Origin: Ophelia neglecta
Lineage: Eukaryota
Reading direction: 5' to 3'
Assembly (NCBI GenBank): GCA_965285935.1
Contig: OZ260661.1
Span: 98,022,001 to 98,086,000, forward strand
DNA length: 64,000 nucleotides
The translations under genes and the position numbers were made by a program. The stretch's first letter is position 1; each line of letters opens with the position of its first letter. Below are positions 61,684 through 64,000 of this stretch, piece by piece. Under the pieces are notes generated by a model, which saw nothing but the letters and a program-made list of their open reading frames with translations, was not told the origin of the DNA and searched no databases.

Positions 61684-64000
61684 AATGTACGGCCATCACT
61701 ACTTCCACTGTAAAGTGTCACCTGACATAACGGAGCTTAATGTTGTAGTGGGCACAGCGACGGGTGACAATGCAGTAACACGACTAGATCCAAGGATCCT
61801 CAAGAGATGCCGAGTCAACCGTGAACAAACGCCGCTCTCTTTCAACCTCGAACTTTGACCTTTCATTCATACACCCGAGAGATTTTCGTTTTGGCACTGA
61901 TAAAGTCAGTACTGTGTATTCAGTACGGCCCAATATATTGCAGTGCCCATACCTATTACTGCCTTTACGAAATGAGATAGTTCATTCGATTTAGGAACTG
62001 GGAACATGACAGTAGCAGTTGATCTTTACGGATCTATATCTCATGTAAACCCGAGGTGATTCCAATGAAGGGAGGAGGCGTACTGGAAATGGAAGGCGAT
62101 CTAAAAATGTCATCAAACAGTATTGACAAGTAACCCGGCATCATGACATTGTAAAAGTCGACTTTGAGCCCTTCCGCGTATCAGCAGGTATAACTATCAA
62201 TGCACAACACTAACCAAGAGGTATTTATCAATACATAATTTTCTTGACGGAGGCAGGTGGCAGTGTTATAATTTCAGATTTATTATGTGTAATTTATTGA
62301 CCTATTGTGATTTGGGCATGGTATCAGGTAAACTTGACACGTGTGCATCGTGTTCGTTAACTGGTTAACTACACGTCTTCTATGGTAGAAGAATTATGTT
62401 ACTGTTCAGTACAGACCTACGGAAGACCTGCGTGCTGTAAACATATACACAGCTTTCATAACAGACCAAACTACCTTTAACAGGTGAAATGCCGTATAAC
62501 TCCAGGCGTATAATATTTGCCTGTACATCTTCTGTCGATCTATATGTTATTCAAACATGTTAGTATAACCCTTAAAGCTCCACTGAAATGTGAATCTTGC
62601 ATTTTGAAATAAGTCTTATTTGAAATTGGCTTATCAAAAGCCGGACGTATATGAAGGCCTTTCTTCGGCCTTTGATATAACGATAAACACGGTAATATTT
62701 ACGTACGCTGCTGGAGACTGTACGCTGTGTGTTCACCTTGCAACAAAGACTGTCTTATCTATGTATATTGTAGAACGTTTGGTCTCCACTGATACTTTAG
62801 TATGTACTTCAGTAAATATCCTCTCAGTTTAAGTATTGAAACTTATTTACTTAGTCAACTGTTGTCCACCAAAATAACCATATTTACATAATATTATGAT
62901 ACGTAGGGAGGGGGTATTAATATATTAAATGCTTAACTGGTTCAGTAGAAGTGTTCCAGTCGAGATAAGCCCATGTAGGCCTATACAGTTCAGGTAGCTG
63001 AGAAACTGATATGCATGAATGGAATGTTGTCCATTAATTAGCCATATGCAATATTCTTTCCCGTCCTGGGCTTAATTACATATTATGCATATCAACATTC
63101 CAGAAATAGATGGAAACCATTTGTGCCAGTTCTTGAGAATAACCAGGTTGGTCGGGTCGACCAGTGCACGGTAAAGAAATCGATCGTTTGTTCCTTCGGT
63201 TCTGTCCATATTTGAAAGTGGCTCCCGGTTAGTTGTAACACAGTAACAGAGAGATAGACCTCGCTCGAGGAAGCTATTTGAGGTTAACCCCCAGACTAAG
63301 ACGAAGAGTTTCTCTTGTAGATTTCTTCTCCAATAAAGTCTCTTATTTGCTTAGTACATGCTCAATCACATTGAAATACATCAATGTTTGTTCCAAGTTA
63401 AAAAGAATCAGTGATACCTATTCGTATAAATGTGTGGATTAACTGCTAAGAACCAACTGATTCTGGGAATCAGGAAAATGGCCTGACATGCATGCTAAAA
63501 CCCTGTGTACGTTTCCCAGCTAGGTTTATTATAATATGATTATAATAAACCGACTGCTTAATAATAATAGTAGTGTAACGAGGCCGTGCCCTGGCTCTTG
63601 GGAGTGGGGTAGAACCTAAAGCCCGGGAGAGTGTAACACGGTGACCATTATTCAGCTTTAGCAAGCTTATATAGATAAATTAAACAAGTCTGTTATAAAT
63701 AAGTACGCCGAACGCCATTAGGTTAAGTCCAAATAAGGCACCCTGTACATTCAGATACCGTGATCTTTCCTAGCTAAACAATACAAGTATAATAAGAATG
63801 CTGCAATACATTATTCTTTCTCTCTATTTTCTAGTCCCAAGAACATAACTTTTCTCTGCTTCTTATATTCGCACATCTGGAGAAAGTTCGGGGGTGCCTT
63901 CGCACATGTCGGTACGTCGGTTGTCCGTAGACCAAGCATAGTCCCATCAATAACTAGAGGACTCTTTGGCCGAGTGTCCTCAATGATAGTATATAGATTG

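Overview
AT-rich metazoan (invertebrate-like) genomic DNA, not prokaryotic. About 46 kb (10659-56515, + strand) is one multi-exon phospholipase C epsilon (PLCE1/plc-1 family) gene. I assembled it by hand into 39 phase-compatible coding exons totalling 10,542 nt, or about 3,513 aa; human PLCE1 is about 2,300 aa. The canonical CDC25 RasGEF-PH-EF-X-Y-C2-RA1-RA2 core is intact, including the catalytic motifs. It is preceded by about 1,470 aa containing an ARM-like helical region, a REM (RasGEF N-terminal) domain split into three pieces by low-complexity inserts, and a talin-head-like FERM F2-F3 module with no visible F1 lobe, placed between REM and CDC25. The gene has a minor-spliceosome AT-AC intron in the catalytic Y box and a GC-AG intron. 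It also shows candidate isoform switches: an internal first exon, a skippable X-Y linker exon, a microexon, an RA-less terminal exon and a PDZ-motif terminal exon. Introns and flanks hold MITEs, two decayed LINE RT fragments and minisatellites. No CRISPR array, rRNA or tRNA was seen. All domain calls come from motif recognition by eye, not from database searches.
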